A stretch of DNA of 64,000 nucleotides from a bacterium (lineage in GTDB: Bacteria; Bacillota_I; Bacilli_A; RFN20; CAG-288). The stretch's first letter is position 1, and every line of letters starts with the position of its first letter. Under the pieces are notes generated by a model. That model was not told the DNA's origin. It saw nothing but the letters and a program-made list of their open reading frames with translations, and searched no databases. The stretch lies in NCBI GenBank assembly GCA_963648975.1, contig CAVJFW010000001.1:4199-68198 (forward strand), written 5' to 3'. This document shows, piece by piece, positions 46,876-57,099 of this stretch. A program made the position numbers and the translations under genes.

Positions 46876-48839
46876 CAGTCCTCGCCCTCCAATTCCTTGC
46901 TGATCATGTTGTCTTTTATTTTTCTTAGTGGGAGAAGACAGGAAAAAAGGGACACCGCCATGGATATGAGGATTATGAGAATATGGCTTTTCATGTCGAT
47001 TACGGATAAAAAGGAAGGGTAATCCATTCTTTGCAGAACTTGATTTATCAGTATCGAAAAGAAAAAAGAGAACAGAAAAGTGGAAAGCATGCAGAGAAGA
47101 AGAAATATCACCTGCATGGACATGGCACAGGTAAAGAGGTTCCGTTTTTTTCTGGTGAATGCCTTGATCAGGGCAAAAAGACGGATGTTGTCCTGATAGA
47201 AGGAATAAACGGTAAGGAAGAGAAGCATCGTGGAAACGAGTGTGTTCAGTGAGAGAAAGAGTGTCAGTACCTTAAGCAGATTGGAAATGATTTCCTTCGT
47301 ACTTTCTTCGACATCAAGAGATGGGGAGGAAATGGATACCTTCTTCTTGAATAGCGCAGTGCAGCTTTCCTTTATCTTTCCAGGCTCAGAATGACGGATA
47401 TAAAGCATGGAGCTCTTGAAGTCATCATTATCATATTTCGCATCTGAAATCATGTCATGGAGATTTGTTTCCAATCCGAGTTCATCGGATATTCCTGGAA
47501 GTGAAATCTTTTTCATGTCAGATAGGATTGATTCATAATTGTAATACACGATAGCTTTATTGAATGCTTTCAGTTCCTTTGATATTCCGGTGATGTGAAA
47601 CTGATAGTCGAGAATCACTGGGTCCGTTGCCTCAAACGAAGTCGAATACAAAAGAGTCTCCCTTGAAAAGGCAAAACTGGAATTCAGGGCTGTCTTTTCA
47701 TCTATCTGAAACTCGTTCAGGAAGGATTGGTTGACTATGACCTCATCGGATTTTGTGCTTGCTTTCCCACATTTCAGATTCGAACCGTCCGGCCTTATGG
47801 ATGGGTAGAAGCTGACGGATACGGATTTGTTCTTCACTGTCACTTCGTTGACCGAAGGGATGAAATAATCCAGTGAATAATAGCTTTCCCTGAGATAGAG
47901 TATGGATAGGATCTCGTCATCCGGAATGGATTTCTTTTTCAGATGAAGACTTCCGGCAGAGGCTATTTCCTCTTCCATGGACATGGAAAAGACATCATGG
48001 GAATAGTATTGCCTGGATAGGTCAGCCATCGTCTCATCCATGTGAAAGTTCAGATTCAGTCCAAGGTAGATCAGTGTCAGGTTGAAGGACAGGAATAGAA
48101 CGGAGAAGAAAGTACGGAACTTTTTCCTTAAAAGAAATTTCCTGTTCAGGTATATTGCATCCCTGAGCCTCATATTCTTTTCCTCGACTGGAATCTTTTG
48201 TTCCCTGTAGGGTGTGTGGAACTGATTTCCTTTTTCCTTCTTCAGCGTCTTCTTTTCAAGTCGATAGATGTAATCGGCGATTCTGATGGCATTGATTTCA
48301 TCATGCGTGACCATGATGATGAGATGATCCTTCGACAGTTCCTTGAGTATGGAGTATATGGTTGCCGAATTTGTCTCATCCAATTGTCCGGTCGGTTCAT
48401 CGAGTATCAACGTTTTCGAGCCTTTGGCAAGTGCCCTGCAGATGGAAACCCTGACCATCTCTCCTCCACTGAGCTGGTAAGGATATTTGTCCTTCAAATG
48501 GTCAAGAGAGAGCCTCTTCATGTTTTCCTGACTTTCTTTCCTTCTCTCCTCGGATTGATCGTCAAGAAGCCTGTTTACAAGATTCACGTTTTCTTCGACC
48601 GTGAGGTAGTTCAATAGAAGCGGAGACTGAAAAACCATGGACAGGGAATTCCTGTCTATGATGATATCGCCTTCATTTTGCCTGAGGAATCCGTTCAGGA
48701 GAGACAGGAACGTTGTCTTTCCGGAACCCGAGGAACCTAAAATGACCACGAATCCAGTATCCGGCAGATGTAGATTCAGATTTTCGAAGATGGTGTTGTC
48801 ACCATATGAGAAATAGAGATTTGAAATATCAATCGACAT
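46875..48839 (-). CDS. Fused ABC transporter ATP-binding/permease protein, MacB/FtsX type (partner of 44038-46875)
   Basis: ABC ATPase motifs (GSSGSGKTT; LSGGEMVRVSICRAL; LILDEPTGQLD; VTHD) followed by a permease domain with four TM helices. 1-nt overlap with the downstream gene. Confidence 0.75.
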   Translation of the reverse strand: MSIDISNLYFSYGDNTIFENLNLHLPDTGFVVILGSSGSGKTTFLSLLNGFLRQNEGDIIIDRNSLSMVFQSPLLLNYLTVEENVNLVNRLLDDQSEERRKESQENMKRLSLDHLKDKYPYQLSGGEMVRVSICRALAKGSKTLILDEPTGQLDETNSATIYSILKELSKDHLIIMVTHDEINAIRIADYIYRLEKKTLKKEKGNQFHTPYREQKIPVEEKNMRLRDAIYLNRKFLLRKKFRTFFSVLFLSFNLTLIYLGLNLNFHMDETMADLSRQYYSHDVFSMSMEEEIASAGSLHLKKKSIPDDEILSILYLRESYYSLDYFIPSVNEVTVKNKSVSVSFYPSIRPDGSNLKCGKASTKSDEVIVNQSFLNEFQIDEKTALNSSFAFSRETLLYSTSFEATDPVILDYQFHITGISKELKAFNKAIVYYNYESILSDMKKISLPGISDELGLETNLHDMISDAKYDNDDFKSSMLYIRHSEPGKIKESCTALFKKKVSISSPSLDVEESTKEIISNLLKVLTLFLSLNTLVSTMLLFLTVYSFYQDNIRLFALIKAFTRKKRNLFTCAMSMQVIFLLLCMLSTFLFSFFFSILINQVLQRMDYPSFLSVIDMKSHILIILISMAVSLFSCLLPLRKIKDNMISKELEGED

Positions 48840-48897
48840 GAAAAAGACCCTCTCATAAGTAATATTTACCTATGAAAGGGTAAATTACGAAAAAAAG

Positions 48898-49695
48898 TTA
48901 TTTTTTGAGATGAATGGCGTTCAGCAACAGGCAATAGGAAGTCAGACAACCGACACCCCCTGGTACCGGAGTATAGGCCAAGAGCTCATCTTCCTCTGGG
49001 ATGAATCCCAAATCACCGCCGTTTGGATTGAATCCACAGTCGATGACGGTCTGATTGGAATTGAAGCAATTTCTGTCTATTAGATTGGATTTTCCTGTGG
49101 CAAAGATGATGATGTCAGCCTCTTTTACATATTCTTCCATCGTCATTTTGTCTACACCGGAATGGAGAAGCGTTGTTGCCGCATTCATCCTGTTGAGGAG
49201 CTGGAAACAGGGATAGCCGACTTCCGTGCTTCTTCCGATGACAACGGCTTTCTTTCCCTTTGTCTGGATATGGTATTGTTCAAGTATGACTTTTACGGAA
49301 CGGCTTGTGGCGGTCAGATACATCAGATTTCCGCCGAAAAGCTTTCCTCGGTTGTAGGTGGTAAGCATGTCGGGATCCTGGCTTGACGGAATAAGGGAGA
49401 GGAAATCCTCTTCGTAGGAGACATGAAGTGGTCTTGCCATGAGGACGCTATGGTCCTTGATTGACTCCCTGAATTCCATGAGATTCTCTTCCCTGCTTTT
49501 TTCCTGGTCGATGAATCCTTCCACGTAGGGGATGCCAAAGCCATCCAATGACTTCTTGATTCCCCTAAGATAGGCCTGTGACGGGAAATCATTTCTGTCA
49601 GAATAGAGGTAGAAGGAAACTTTTGTATCCTTCAGTTCCTGCTCAATCTGATTTTTGAGCAGTGGGCGTAATTCTTTTCCTGATAATATTTTCAT
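48898..49695 (-). CDS. folD: Bifunctional methylenetetrahydrofolate dehydrogenase/cyclohydrolase
   Basis: FolD motifs (VIGRSTEVGYP; HSGVD; ADIIIFATG). Adjacent to and overlapping fhs. Confidence 0.8.
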   Translation of the reverse strand: MKILSGKELRPLLKNQIEQELKDTKVSFYLYSDRNDFPSQAYLRGIKKSLDGFGIPYVEGFIDQEKSREENLMEFRESIKDHSVLMARPLHVSYEEDFLSLIPSSQDPDMLTTYNRGKLFGGNLMYLTATSRSVKVILEQYHIQTKGKKAVVIGRSTEVGYPCFQLLNRMNAATTLLHSGVDKMTMEEYVKEADIIIFATGKSNLIDRNCFNSNQTVIDCGFNPNGGDLGFIPEEDELLAYTPVPGGVGCLTSYCLLLNAIHLKK

Positions 49696-51302
49696 TTTGT
49701 GTTCATTTTCTTGCTGGCTGGTACTTTCGGCAGACCGGGCATGGTGAATACGTCACCGGTGAGAGGCACGATGAACTGAGCGCCAGTGAAAAGTCTCAGT
49801 TTCTTTACATGAAGCGTGTGACCTTTTGGAGCATTGAGCAGATGTGGGTCATCGCTAAGTGAATTCGGAACCTTGGAGATGCAGATGTTGAAATCCTTGT
49901 AGGGGCCTTCTTCGTACTGCTTTAGTTCCTTATAGGCCTCAGGAGAGTATTCGACATCCTTGCATGAATACATGGTGGTGGCAATCGTCTTGATTTTTTC
50001 TTCCAAGGACATTCCCTTTCTGACGATGGGAGCGTAATGATCTTCATCGTCTTCGAGTTCCTTCTTTACCACCTTGGCAAGTTCGATTGCACCATCCGGG
50101 CCATCGGCATAGGATGTGTTGAGTGCGTAAGGAATGTTTTCCAAGTTGAGGAAATCCTTGATCACATTGATTTCAGCCTCTGTATCATCCTTGAAGTTGT
50201 TTATTCCGACGACGACCTTGACACCAAAGGATTTTACATTGCTGATATGATGAGAAAGATTTTCAAGACCGATCTTTGTTGCCTCGACATTTTCCTTGGA
50301 GAGATCCTCGAAGCTGACTCCGCCATGGAGTTTCAGTGCACGGACGGAACAGACAAGGACGACGAGAGATGGATGGAAGGAAGAAAGTGGGGATACGATG
50401 TCCATGAACTTCTCCATGCCAAGGTCACTTCCGAATCCACTTTCCGTGATGACATAATCGGAAAGCTTCAGGGCGAGGTCTGTTGCAATGATGGAATTCG
50501 TTCCATGGGCGATGTTTGCAAATGGTCCACCATGGACAAGGGCTGGCGTATGGTATTTCGTCTGGACAAGGTTTGGAAGAAGTGCAACATGCATGAGCTT
50601 TCTTATGGCTTCAGTGCACTCAAGCTGTCTGACGGTTATGGGCTCTCCGGATTTGGAATATGCCACGGTGATGTTGTTGACTCTTTCAAGGAATTCTTCC
50701 TCGTTGTTGCTAAGACAGAAGCAGGCCATGATTTCGCTTGCTGCCGTGATGACAAAGCTGGAGTGATGTGGAATTGCCTTCTTATCGTTCTGGGATGTTG
50801 TGATATCCCTTAGGGAACGGTCGTTCATGTCCATGCAGCGTGGGAATATGACTCTTTCCGGGTCAACATCCAGTTCGGAGTGCTGGAAGAGTTCATTGTC
50901 AATCAGTGCAGCTATCAGGTTGTTTGCACTGGTGATGGCATGCATGTCGCCTGTGAAATGAAGGTTGATGTCATCTTCCGGATAGAGTGTGGCTTCACCT
51001 CCGCCGGCTCCTCCACCCTTGACTCCGAAGACAGGACCTAAGGATGGCTCTCTTAGACAGGCGATGGCGTTGAGATTCAGTTTCCTCATGCCGTCAGCCA
51101 GGCCGATTGCCGTGGTCGTCTTTCCTTCACCGGCTTTGGTTGGGGTGATGGCAGTGCAGAGGATGAGTTTGCCTTTTCTCTTCATATTGCCATCCAGGGT
51201 TGAAATGTCAATCTTGGCTTTGTCGTTTCCATAAAGAATCAGATTATCTTCGCATAGACCCAATTTTTCGGCTACCGGTCTGATGTCATATTCTTTGTTC
51301 AT
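49692..51302 (-). CDS. fhs: Formate--tetrahydrofolate ligase
   Basis: PTKAGEGKTTTAIGL and GPVFGVKGGGAGGGEA signatures. Confidence 0.93.
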   Translation of the reverse strand: MNKEYDIRPVAEKLGLCEDNLILYGNDKAKIDISTLDGNMKRKGKLILCTAITPTKAGEGKTTTAIGLADGMRKLNLNAIACLREPSLGPVFGVKGGGAGGGEATLYPEDDINLHFTGDMHAITSANNLIAALIDNELFQHSELDVDPERVIFPRCMDMNDRSLRDITTSQNDKKAIPHHSSFVITAASEIMACFCLSNNEEEFLERVNNITVAYSKSGEPITVRQLECTEAIRKLMHVALLPNLVQTKYHTPALVHGGPFANIAHGTNSIIATDLALKLSDYVITESGFGSDLGMEKFMDIVSPLSSFHPSLVVLVCSVRALKLHGGVSFEDLSKENVEATKIGLENLSHHISNVKSFGVKVVVGINNFKDDTEAEINVIKDFLNLENIPYALNTSYADGPDGAIELAKVVKKELEDDEDHYAPIVRKGMSLEEKIKTIATTMYSCKDVEYSPEAYKELKQYEEGPYKDFNICISKVPNSLSDDPHLLNAPKGHTLHVKKLRLFTGAQFIVPLTGDVFTMPGLPKVPASKKMNTK

Positions 51303-51353
51303 GTCATTTTCCTCCGTTGATGAATATTGTATAGGATTTGGATGGCAGTAAAG

Positions 51354-52247
51354 TCAGTTTGTTTTTCTTTCTGAGATTTTCTTTCTCAGCATTTTAGTTA
51401 TTTCTTCCTTTGTCCCAGATGTGATGTCGGAAAACTGATGATTCAGGAAGGTACGTTGCTTCTTTGCATATTGATGCGTATGGATCTTGATGAGATCGAT
51501 GACCTTGTCATCTATTGGGCTTCCGGATTTCATCGCTGAGATGATTTCCGCATACCCGATGGTGGAAAAGGGCCTTGATTTCTCATCATATTTCCCATAG
51601 AGTGATTTAACTTCCTCGATGAGTCCGTTTTTGACCATTTCATCGATTCTCCTGTCTATCTTCAGATTTCCTTCTTCCTTCGATATGTCGATGCGATAGA
51701 ATTCGACCGGATATATCGGCTTTCCGTCATTCTGATTCTGGATTTCCGCCTTGTTGGTTCCTTCGTCCAGCTGTATCAGTGCACGGATGACTCTTCTGGG
51801 ATTTCTGTTGTCTATGGAATTGAACGTTTCAAACGAACGCTTCTTCAATATTTCCTGCATCTCCTCAAGAGACATGTTCTCATAGATGCTGTTTCTTTTT
51901 TCATCTTCCTTTCGAAAGACATAATTGAAGAGAAGTGCCTTGACATAGAGGAAATTTCCACCGACGACGATGATGTCCTGATTCTTCCTGAGGGATTCTT
52001 CGATGATGGGTCTGCATTTCACCTGGAAGTCATAGACGGAGACATCCTCATCTGGCTCATATTCGTCATAAAAATAATACTGAAGGCCCTCGATTTCCTT
52101 TCTGGAAGGCTTGTCTGTTCCTATCTGCATGATTTTGTAGCACTGATAGGCATCTGCGGAAATGATGGGAATGGAAAACTCTCGTGCCAATTTTATGGCA
52201 ATGGAGGTCTTCCCGCTGGCAGTCTGGCCGAGTAGACAGTAAATCAA
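51354..52247 (-). CDS. miaA: tRNA dimethylallyltransferase
   Basis: P-loop GQTASGKTSIAIKLA and the MiaA family fold. Overlaps mutL. Confidence 0.85.
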   Translation of the reverse strand: MIYCLLGQTASGKTSIAIKLAREFSIPIISADAYQCYKIMQIGTDKPSRKEIEGLQYYFYDEYEPDEDVSVYDFQVKCRPIIEESLRKNQDIIVVGGNFLYVKALLFNYVFRKEDEKRNSIYENMSLEEMQEILKKRSFETFNSIDNRNPRRVIRALIQLDEGTNKAEIQNQNDGKPIYPVEFYRIDISKEEGNLKIDRRIDEMVKNGLIEEVKSLYGKYDEKSRPFSTIGYAEIISAMKSGSPIDDKVIDLIKIHTHQYAKKQRTFLNHQFSDITSGTKEEITKMLRKKISERKTN

Positions 52248-54166
52248 AATCCGCTTCTCCTGAATATCTTTTCGACGTCAGCCTTGGTAATCTTGATGAT
52301 TGTCGGACGGCCATGAGGGCAGTTGGCTGGGTTCTGACATTTGGAAAGGTCCTTCAATAGGGCCTCAATCTCTGGAAGTGACATCTGATGGTTGGCCTTG
52401 ATGGATTTCTTGCAGGCGATGTTTGCAATCGTAAGATGCAACAGGGACAAAGGGTCGCTCGATTCGTTGTTCAGACAGGAATGGACGCAGTCAAGGATGA
52501 CCTCCTCATCATTCTGTGTGTTTAGGAATGATGGGATTTCGGTGACCTTGATGGTATTCATGCCAAACTCCTCGGTGGTGATGCCGATGCTGGAAAGCCT
52601 GTTTATATGTTCTTCGTCATAGTTGATTTGTTCCTTCGGGGAAAGTTCGATGGTGATTGGGAACAAAGGCACGATTCGACTCTTGATGGAGGCGAAAAGA
52701 GCTTGGGTCTTCTCATAGTTGACTCTTTCGGCAGCCGCATGCTGGTCGAGGATGTAGAAGCAGTCTATTCCATCACAAATGATATAGGTCTGCAAGACCT
52801 GTCCGATAGGATGCATTTCCGGTAATTTATATGAAATCGTTTCTTTTTCGAATACGGTTGAATAATAATCCTCACTTGTATAATTTGCCTGAGGCTTATC
52901 AACGGCTTTTGCCGTTGGTTCATCTTGTGCGGAAACTGGCTCTGTTTTCTTTTCGGTAATTATGCCATGTGATTCATAGGTAGGCTCAAAAGGCAGGGAA
53001 TCCTGGACATATTCAGGATAGGTTTCCCTTTCGAATACGGGTTGTATGGTGGAATAGTCCTGGCTGACACTGTTTAGTGTCTTCTCCTCTTCCTGTATGT
53101 CAGAGACATCGAAGGCTTCCTCATCCTTGGCCATGAGGGTCGAACTTTTTTCATCCTCACCGGCGAAGTATATCGGTTTTTTATATGTCAGGGTCTTGAG
53201 AATTTCTTCCCTTACATCCCTTGCGATATCCTCTTCCATGGAAATTCTCACTTCCTTCTTCGTCGGATGGACATTGACATCCACAAGAGAGGAATCAAGG
53301 CTCAGATCGATGATGCAGAAAGGATATCTCAACGGGGGCAGATAATCCTTATAGGCATCCTCTATTCCCTTGTTGATCTTGTAGTCATAGATGCAGCGAT
53401 TGTTGAGGAAGGTAAGCATATCCTTCCTTTTTGAATAATTGATTTCCGGTTTTGCGATATATCCGCTGAAGGAATAACAGACTCCTTCCTTTTTGATGGG
53501 ATAGAGGGATTGGGCGATGACATTACCGTAAATCTTCTGTATGGTCTCAAGCAGGTCTCCTCTTCCGCTGGTGCGGAAAATTTCCTTTCCGTCGATGGCA
53601 AGGGAAATGGAGACACCTGGGAATCCCAAGGCGAGATGTTCGACCGTCTCGATGATGGCATAGACTTCAACCTTCGTCGATTTCAGGTACTTGAGTCTGG
53701 CTGGCGTGTTGAAAAATAAATCCTTCACCTCAAAGATGGTGCCCTTTCTGACAGGGGCATCCATCACCTCCAGGTCCTGATTGGGAACGGAAATCACCTT
53801 TGTTCCGGTATCGGATTCTGCTGTCGAGGTCGTCATCGTCACTTTGCTGACGGCAGCGATGGATGGAATGGCTTCTCCTCTGAATCCGAGAGTATGGATT
53901 CTGGTGAGGTCATATTCCGTCTTGATCTTGCTCGATGCATGTCTGAGGAAGCACGTTTTTGCATCCAGCCTATCCATGCCGATGCCATCATCCTTGACCA
54001 TGATGGTTCCTCTTCCGGCATCGACGACGCCGATATAGATGTTCTTTGCCTTGGCATCGATGGAATTCTCCACCAATTCCTTGATGACGCTGGCAGGTCT
54101 TTCGATGACTTCACCGGCAGCGATGAGGTTAGCCAGCTCTGGCTTCATTAACTGTATCTGGGACAT
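52244..54166 (-). CDS. mutL: DNA mismatch repair protein MutL
   Basis: GHKL ATPase N-terminus (IAAGEVIERPASVIKELVENSIDA) and a C-terminal dimerisation domain. Confidence 0.92.
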   Translation of the reverse strand: MSQIQLMKPELANLIAAGEVIERPASVIKELVENSIDAKAKNIYIGVVDAGRGTIMVKDDGIGMDRLDAKTCFLRHASSKIKTEYDLTRIHTLGFRGEAIPSIAAVSKVTMTTSTAESDTGTKVISVPNQDLEVMDAPVRKGTIFEVKDLFFNTPARLKYLKSTKVEVYAIIETVEHLALGFPGVSISLAIDGKEIFRTSGRGDLLETIQKIYGNVIAQSLYPIKKEGVCYSFSGYIAKPEINYSKRKDMLTFLNNRCIYDYKINKGIEDAYKDYLPPLRYPFCIIDLSLDSSLVDVNVHPTKKEVRISMEEDIARDVREEILKTLTYKKPIYFAGEDEKSSTLMAKDEEAFDVSDIQEEEKTLNSVSQDYSTIQPVFERETYPEYVQDSLPFEPTYESHGIITEKKTEPVSAQDEPTAKAVDKPQANYTSEDYYSTVFEKETISYKLPEMHPIGQVLQTYIICDGIDCFYILDQHAAAERVNYEKTQALFASIKSRIVPLFPITIELSPKEQINYDEEHINRLSSIGITTEEFGMNTIKVTEIPSFLNTQNDEEVILDCVHSCLNNESSDPLSLLHLTIANIACKKSIKANHQMSLPEIEALLKDLSKCQNPANCPHGRPTIIKITKADVEKIFRRSGF

Positions 54167-54167
54167 A

Positions 54168-56711
54168 TCATTTCACCTTCTTCTTGAGATTGATGAGATA
54201 ATTCAAAGCATCGAGAGGAGATAGTGCCATAGGATCGAGCTTCTTTATTTCTTCCCTCAGTTCGTCCTTTTCCTCTTTCTTGATGTCTATCTTCTTCACC
54301 TGTGACTTATCGATGGCGGATTGAGCCTCCAATGCATAAAGCAGTTCGGCGGCGCGGGAGACGATTTCCTCGGGTAGTCCGGCCAATTTGGCGACGTTGA
54401 CACCATACGATCTATCCATGCTTCCGTCCTTCATCTTGTAAAGGAAGGTAACTTTTCCTTCATCCTCGCTGACTTCGCAATGTATGTTCCTGACAGCGGA
54501 AATCTTTTCGCTGAGCTTTGTGATTTCATGATAATGGGTGGAGAAGAAAGTCTTGGCATGTACGTTCTGGACGATATATTCGATGATGGACTGGGCGATG
54601 GCCATGCCGTCGAAGGTGGCTGTGCCACGGCCGATTTCATCAAAGAGGAAAAGGGAATTGCTCGTCGAGGATTCCAGAGCCTCGGCGACTTCGCTCATTT
54701 CCGTCATGAAGGTAGACTGACCCTTGATGAGATTGTCGGAGGCACCGATTCTGGTAAACAGGGAATCGAAGACGGGAATGGAACAGGAATCGGCGGAGAC
54801 GAAGCATCCGATCTGTGCCATGATGACAAGAAGACCGAATTCCTTCATGTAGGTGGATTTACCACCCATGTTCGGGCCTGTGATGATGAGGATATCGGTG
54901 TTTTCATCCATGATGTAGTCATTGGAGACGAAGACTTTTTCAGGAGCTGCCTTCTCAATGATTGGATGACGGGCATTCTTTATTTCAATCTTTCTCTGAC
55001 CATTGAAGGTTGGTCTGATGTAGTTGTTCTCTGAACTTACATAGGCTAGGTCGAGATAGTAGTCGAGTTCGGATAATGCGTCACTGGTCTGCTGAATCTG
55101 AAGCGTGAACTGGGAAACATATTTCCTGAGTTCCTTGAAGAGCCTGTATTCCAAGGAAAAACGGTCTTCCCTGGCACGGAGAATCCTTGATTCCTTTTCC
55201 TGAAGCTCGGCGGTGACATACCTTTCTCCCGTCGTCAGAGTCTGCTTTCTGATGTATCCGTATTCCGGTTTGACCAGATCCAGCTGTCCCTTGGTGACTT
55301 CGATGTAATAACCGAAGACGGAAGTATATCCGACCTTCAGCTTGTTGATTCCGGTGCGTTCCTTTTCCTTGGCTTCAAGCTGGGTGATCCATTCCTTGGC
55401 ATCTGTGGTCAGAAGAATCAGTTCATCAAGTTCGGGATTGTATCCCTTCTTGAAGATTCCGCCTTCCATGATGGTCAAAGGGCAATCCTCGCTGATGGAT
55501 TTTTCAAGGAGAGCGACGAGTCCATCGTATTCTCCAAGCTTTGTCTTCAGGCCATTGAGTTCCTTGCAGTCATCGATGCGGGATATGTGTTCCTTGATTG
55601 TCGGGATGATCTGAAGTGACTTCTTCAGCTGCAAAAGGTCATGACCGTTGCAGTTTTCGTATCCCATCCTGGCGATGAGTCTTTCCATGTCAAAGACGGA
55701 TTCCAGGTCTTTCCTGAGCGTTTCCCTTTCTATGTAATGGTTGACAAAACATTCGGTGATGTTGAGTCTTCTTTCGATTTCCATCTGATCTGCGCTTGGA
55801 AGGGTAAGCTGTGCCTTGAGGTATCTGGCACCCATTGGGGTCTTGGTCTGGTTGAGCAGCCAGTACAATGTTCCGAAATTCTTCCCATCGAGAGATTTGA
55901 CAAGTTCCATGTTGGCTTGGGCGGAGTAGTCGAGCTTCATGTTCTTCTGCTCCATGATGTTCTCGACTGGCTTGAAGTAGGCCAAGTCTCTTCTTTCCAT
56001 GTTCTTGAGGTAGTTGTACAGCCTGGCTGAGGCTTCTATCTGTCTTTCGTCCTTCAGGGATCCGAAAAGGGCATCCGTCTCAATCGAAGTCGAGGCGTCG
56101 TTATAATAGGAAACGCAGACATTGGAGTTGGATTTGACATAAAGAATCAGTGACGCATCGATGTTGGTCGGTACGACAAGCTCCTTTATGTCCAGGGAAA
56201 GAAGCTTTTCGAGGATTCTTGCCTGACTGTTTTCCAAGGATATGGCCTTCATCTCACCGGTGGAGATGTCAGCATAGGAAAAGAAAGCCAATTGACCATT
56301 GAGATTCAATGAAGCGATGAAATTGTTGTCGTTGTTGCTTAAGTCCAGATTGGCTCCTGGTGTGATGATCTGTATGACATCTCTCTTGACGAGCTTCTTG
56401 GTGAGTTTCGGATCTTCGACCTGTTCGCATATGGCGACCTTGTAGCCATGGTCGATGAGTTTCTGGGCATACTGGAGATAGGCGTGATGCGGAATGCCGC
56501 ACATCGGTATTGTCTGACCGTTTCCGCAGGCTTTCTTGGTAAGGAAAAGCTGCAGTTCCCTGCTGGCAATCTGGGCATCCTCAAGGAACATTTCGTAGAA
56601 GTCCCCGACACGGAAGAACAGAATGATGTCACCATACTGTTTCTTGAAATTCAAATATTGTTCAATCATCGGCGTTGTGCCGGTTTCTTTTGTTTTTGTG
56701 GCCATATGCAT
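54168..56711 (-). CDS. mutS: DNA mismatch repair protein MutS
   Basis: Mismatch-binding N-terminus (TPMIEQYL...GDFYE). Walker A GPNMGGKST. Full MutS domain series. The start may be one of the internal Mets near the N-terminus. Confidence 0.93.
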   Translation of the reverse strand: MHMATKTKETGTTPMIEQYLNFKKQYGDIILFFRVGDFYEMFLEDAQIASRELQLFLTKKACGNGQTIPMCGIPHHAYLQYAQKLIDHGYKVAICEQVEDPKLTKKLVKRDVIQIITPGANLDLSNNDNNFIASLNLNGQLAFFSYADISTGEMKAISLENSQARILEKLLSLDIKELVVPTNIDASLILYVKSNSNVCVSYYNDASTSIETDALFGSLKDERQIEASARLYNYLKNMERRDLAYFKPVENIMEQKNMKLDYSAQANMELVKSLDGKNFGTLYWLLNQTKTPMGARYLKAQLTLPSADQMEIERRLNITECFVNHYIERETLRKDLESVFDMERLIARMGYENCNGHDLLQLKKSLQIIPTIKEHISRIDDCKELNGLKTKLGEYDGLVALLEKSISEDCPLTIMEGGIFKKGYNPELDELILLTTDAKEWITQLEAKEKERTGINKLKVGYTSVFGYYIEVTKGQLDLVKPEYGYIRKQTLTTGERYVTAELQEKESRILRAREDRFSLEYRLFKELRKYVSQFTLQIQQTSDALSELDYYLDLAYVSSENNYIRPTFNGQRKIEIKNARHPIIEKAAPEKVFVSNDYIMDENTDILIITGPNMGGKSTYMKEFGLLVIMAQIGCFVSADSCSIPVFDSLFTRIGASDNLIKGQSTFMTEMSEVAEALESSTSNSLFLFDEIGRGTATFDGMAIAQSIIEYIVQNVHAKTFFSTHYHEITKLSEKISAVRNIHCEVSEDEGKVTFLYKMKDGSMDRSYGVNVAKLAGLPEEIVSRAAELLYALEAQSAIDKSQVKKIDIKKEEKDELREEIKKLDPMALSPLDALNYLINLKKKVK

Positions 56712-56769
56712 ATCCTTTGAAGTCGTGTAAACATTATAAACTTTTCATCTATGAAAAATGGAGACGAAT

Positions 56770-57099
56770 TTATAATTTCGTCTCCGTAAGTGGCTCTGTC
56801 AGTTTCAGTATTTCTTCCTTTAGGGAGAGGAAATTGATGATGAGAGGGTCATTGTCATATTCTATCTGAAGTTGCTTGCATGCCTTGATTGCTTCATCCT
56901 TCTTTTCGTTCTTCAAATAACGGAGGGAAGCCTGAAGCGTCTCACGCTGTTTCTTGATTTTGGTGAGATGTTCATCTTTTGCGATGGCAAGAGAGATTTC
57001 CTGATACCGTCTTACCACAGGAAGGCAGTGGAAGGAAGCAATCAGTGAATCTGCCTTTTCGTAGAGACTCTCAAGTTCAGTCATCCACGATTTCTCCAA
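56770..57099 (-). CDS. YmcA/YlbF-family regulatory protein (RicA-like)
   Basis: 109-aa helical protein in the position YmcA occupies in Bacillus, near miaB, spoVS, ymdB and rny. Confidence 0.5.
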   Translation of the reverse strand: MEKSWMTELESLYEKADSLIASFHCLPVVRRYQEISLAIAKDEHLTKIKKQRETLQASLRYLKNEKKDEAIKACKQLQIEYDNDPLIINFLSLKEEILKLTEPLTETKL

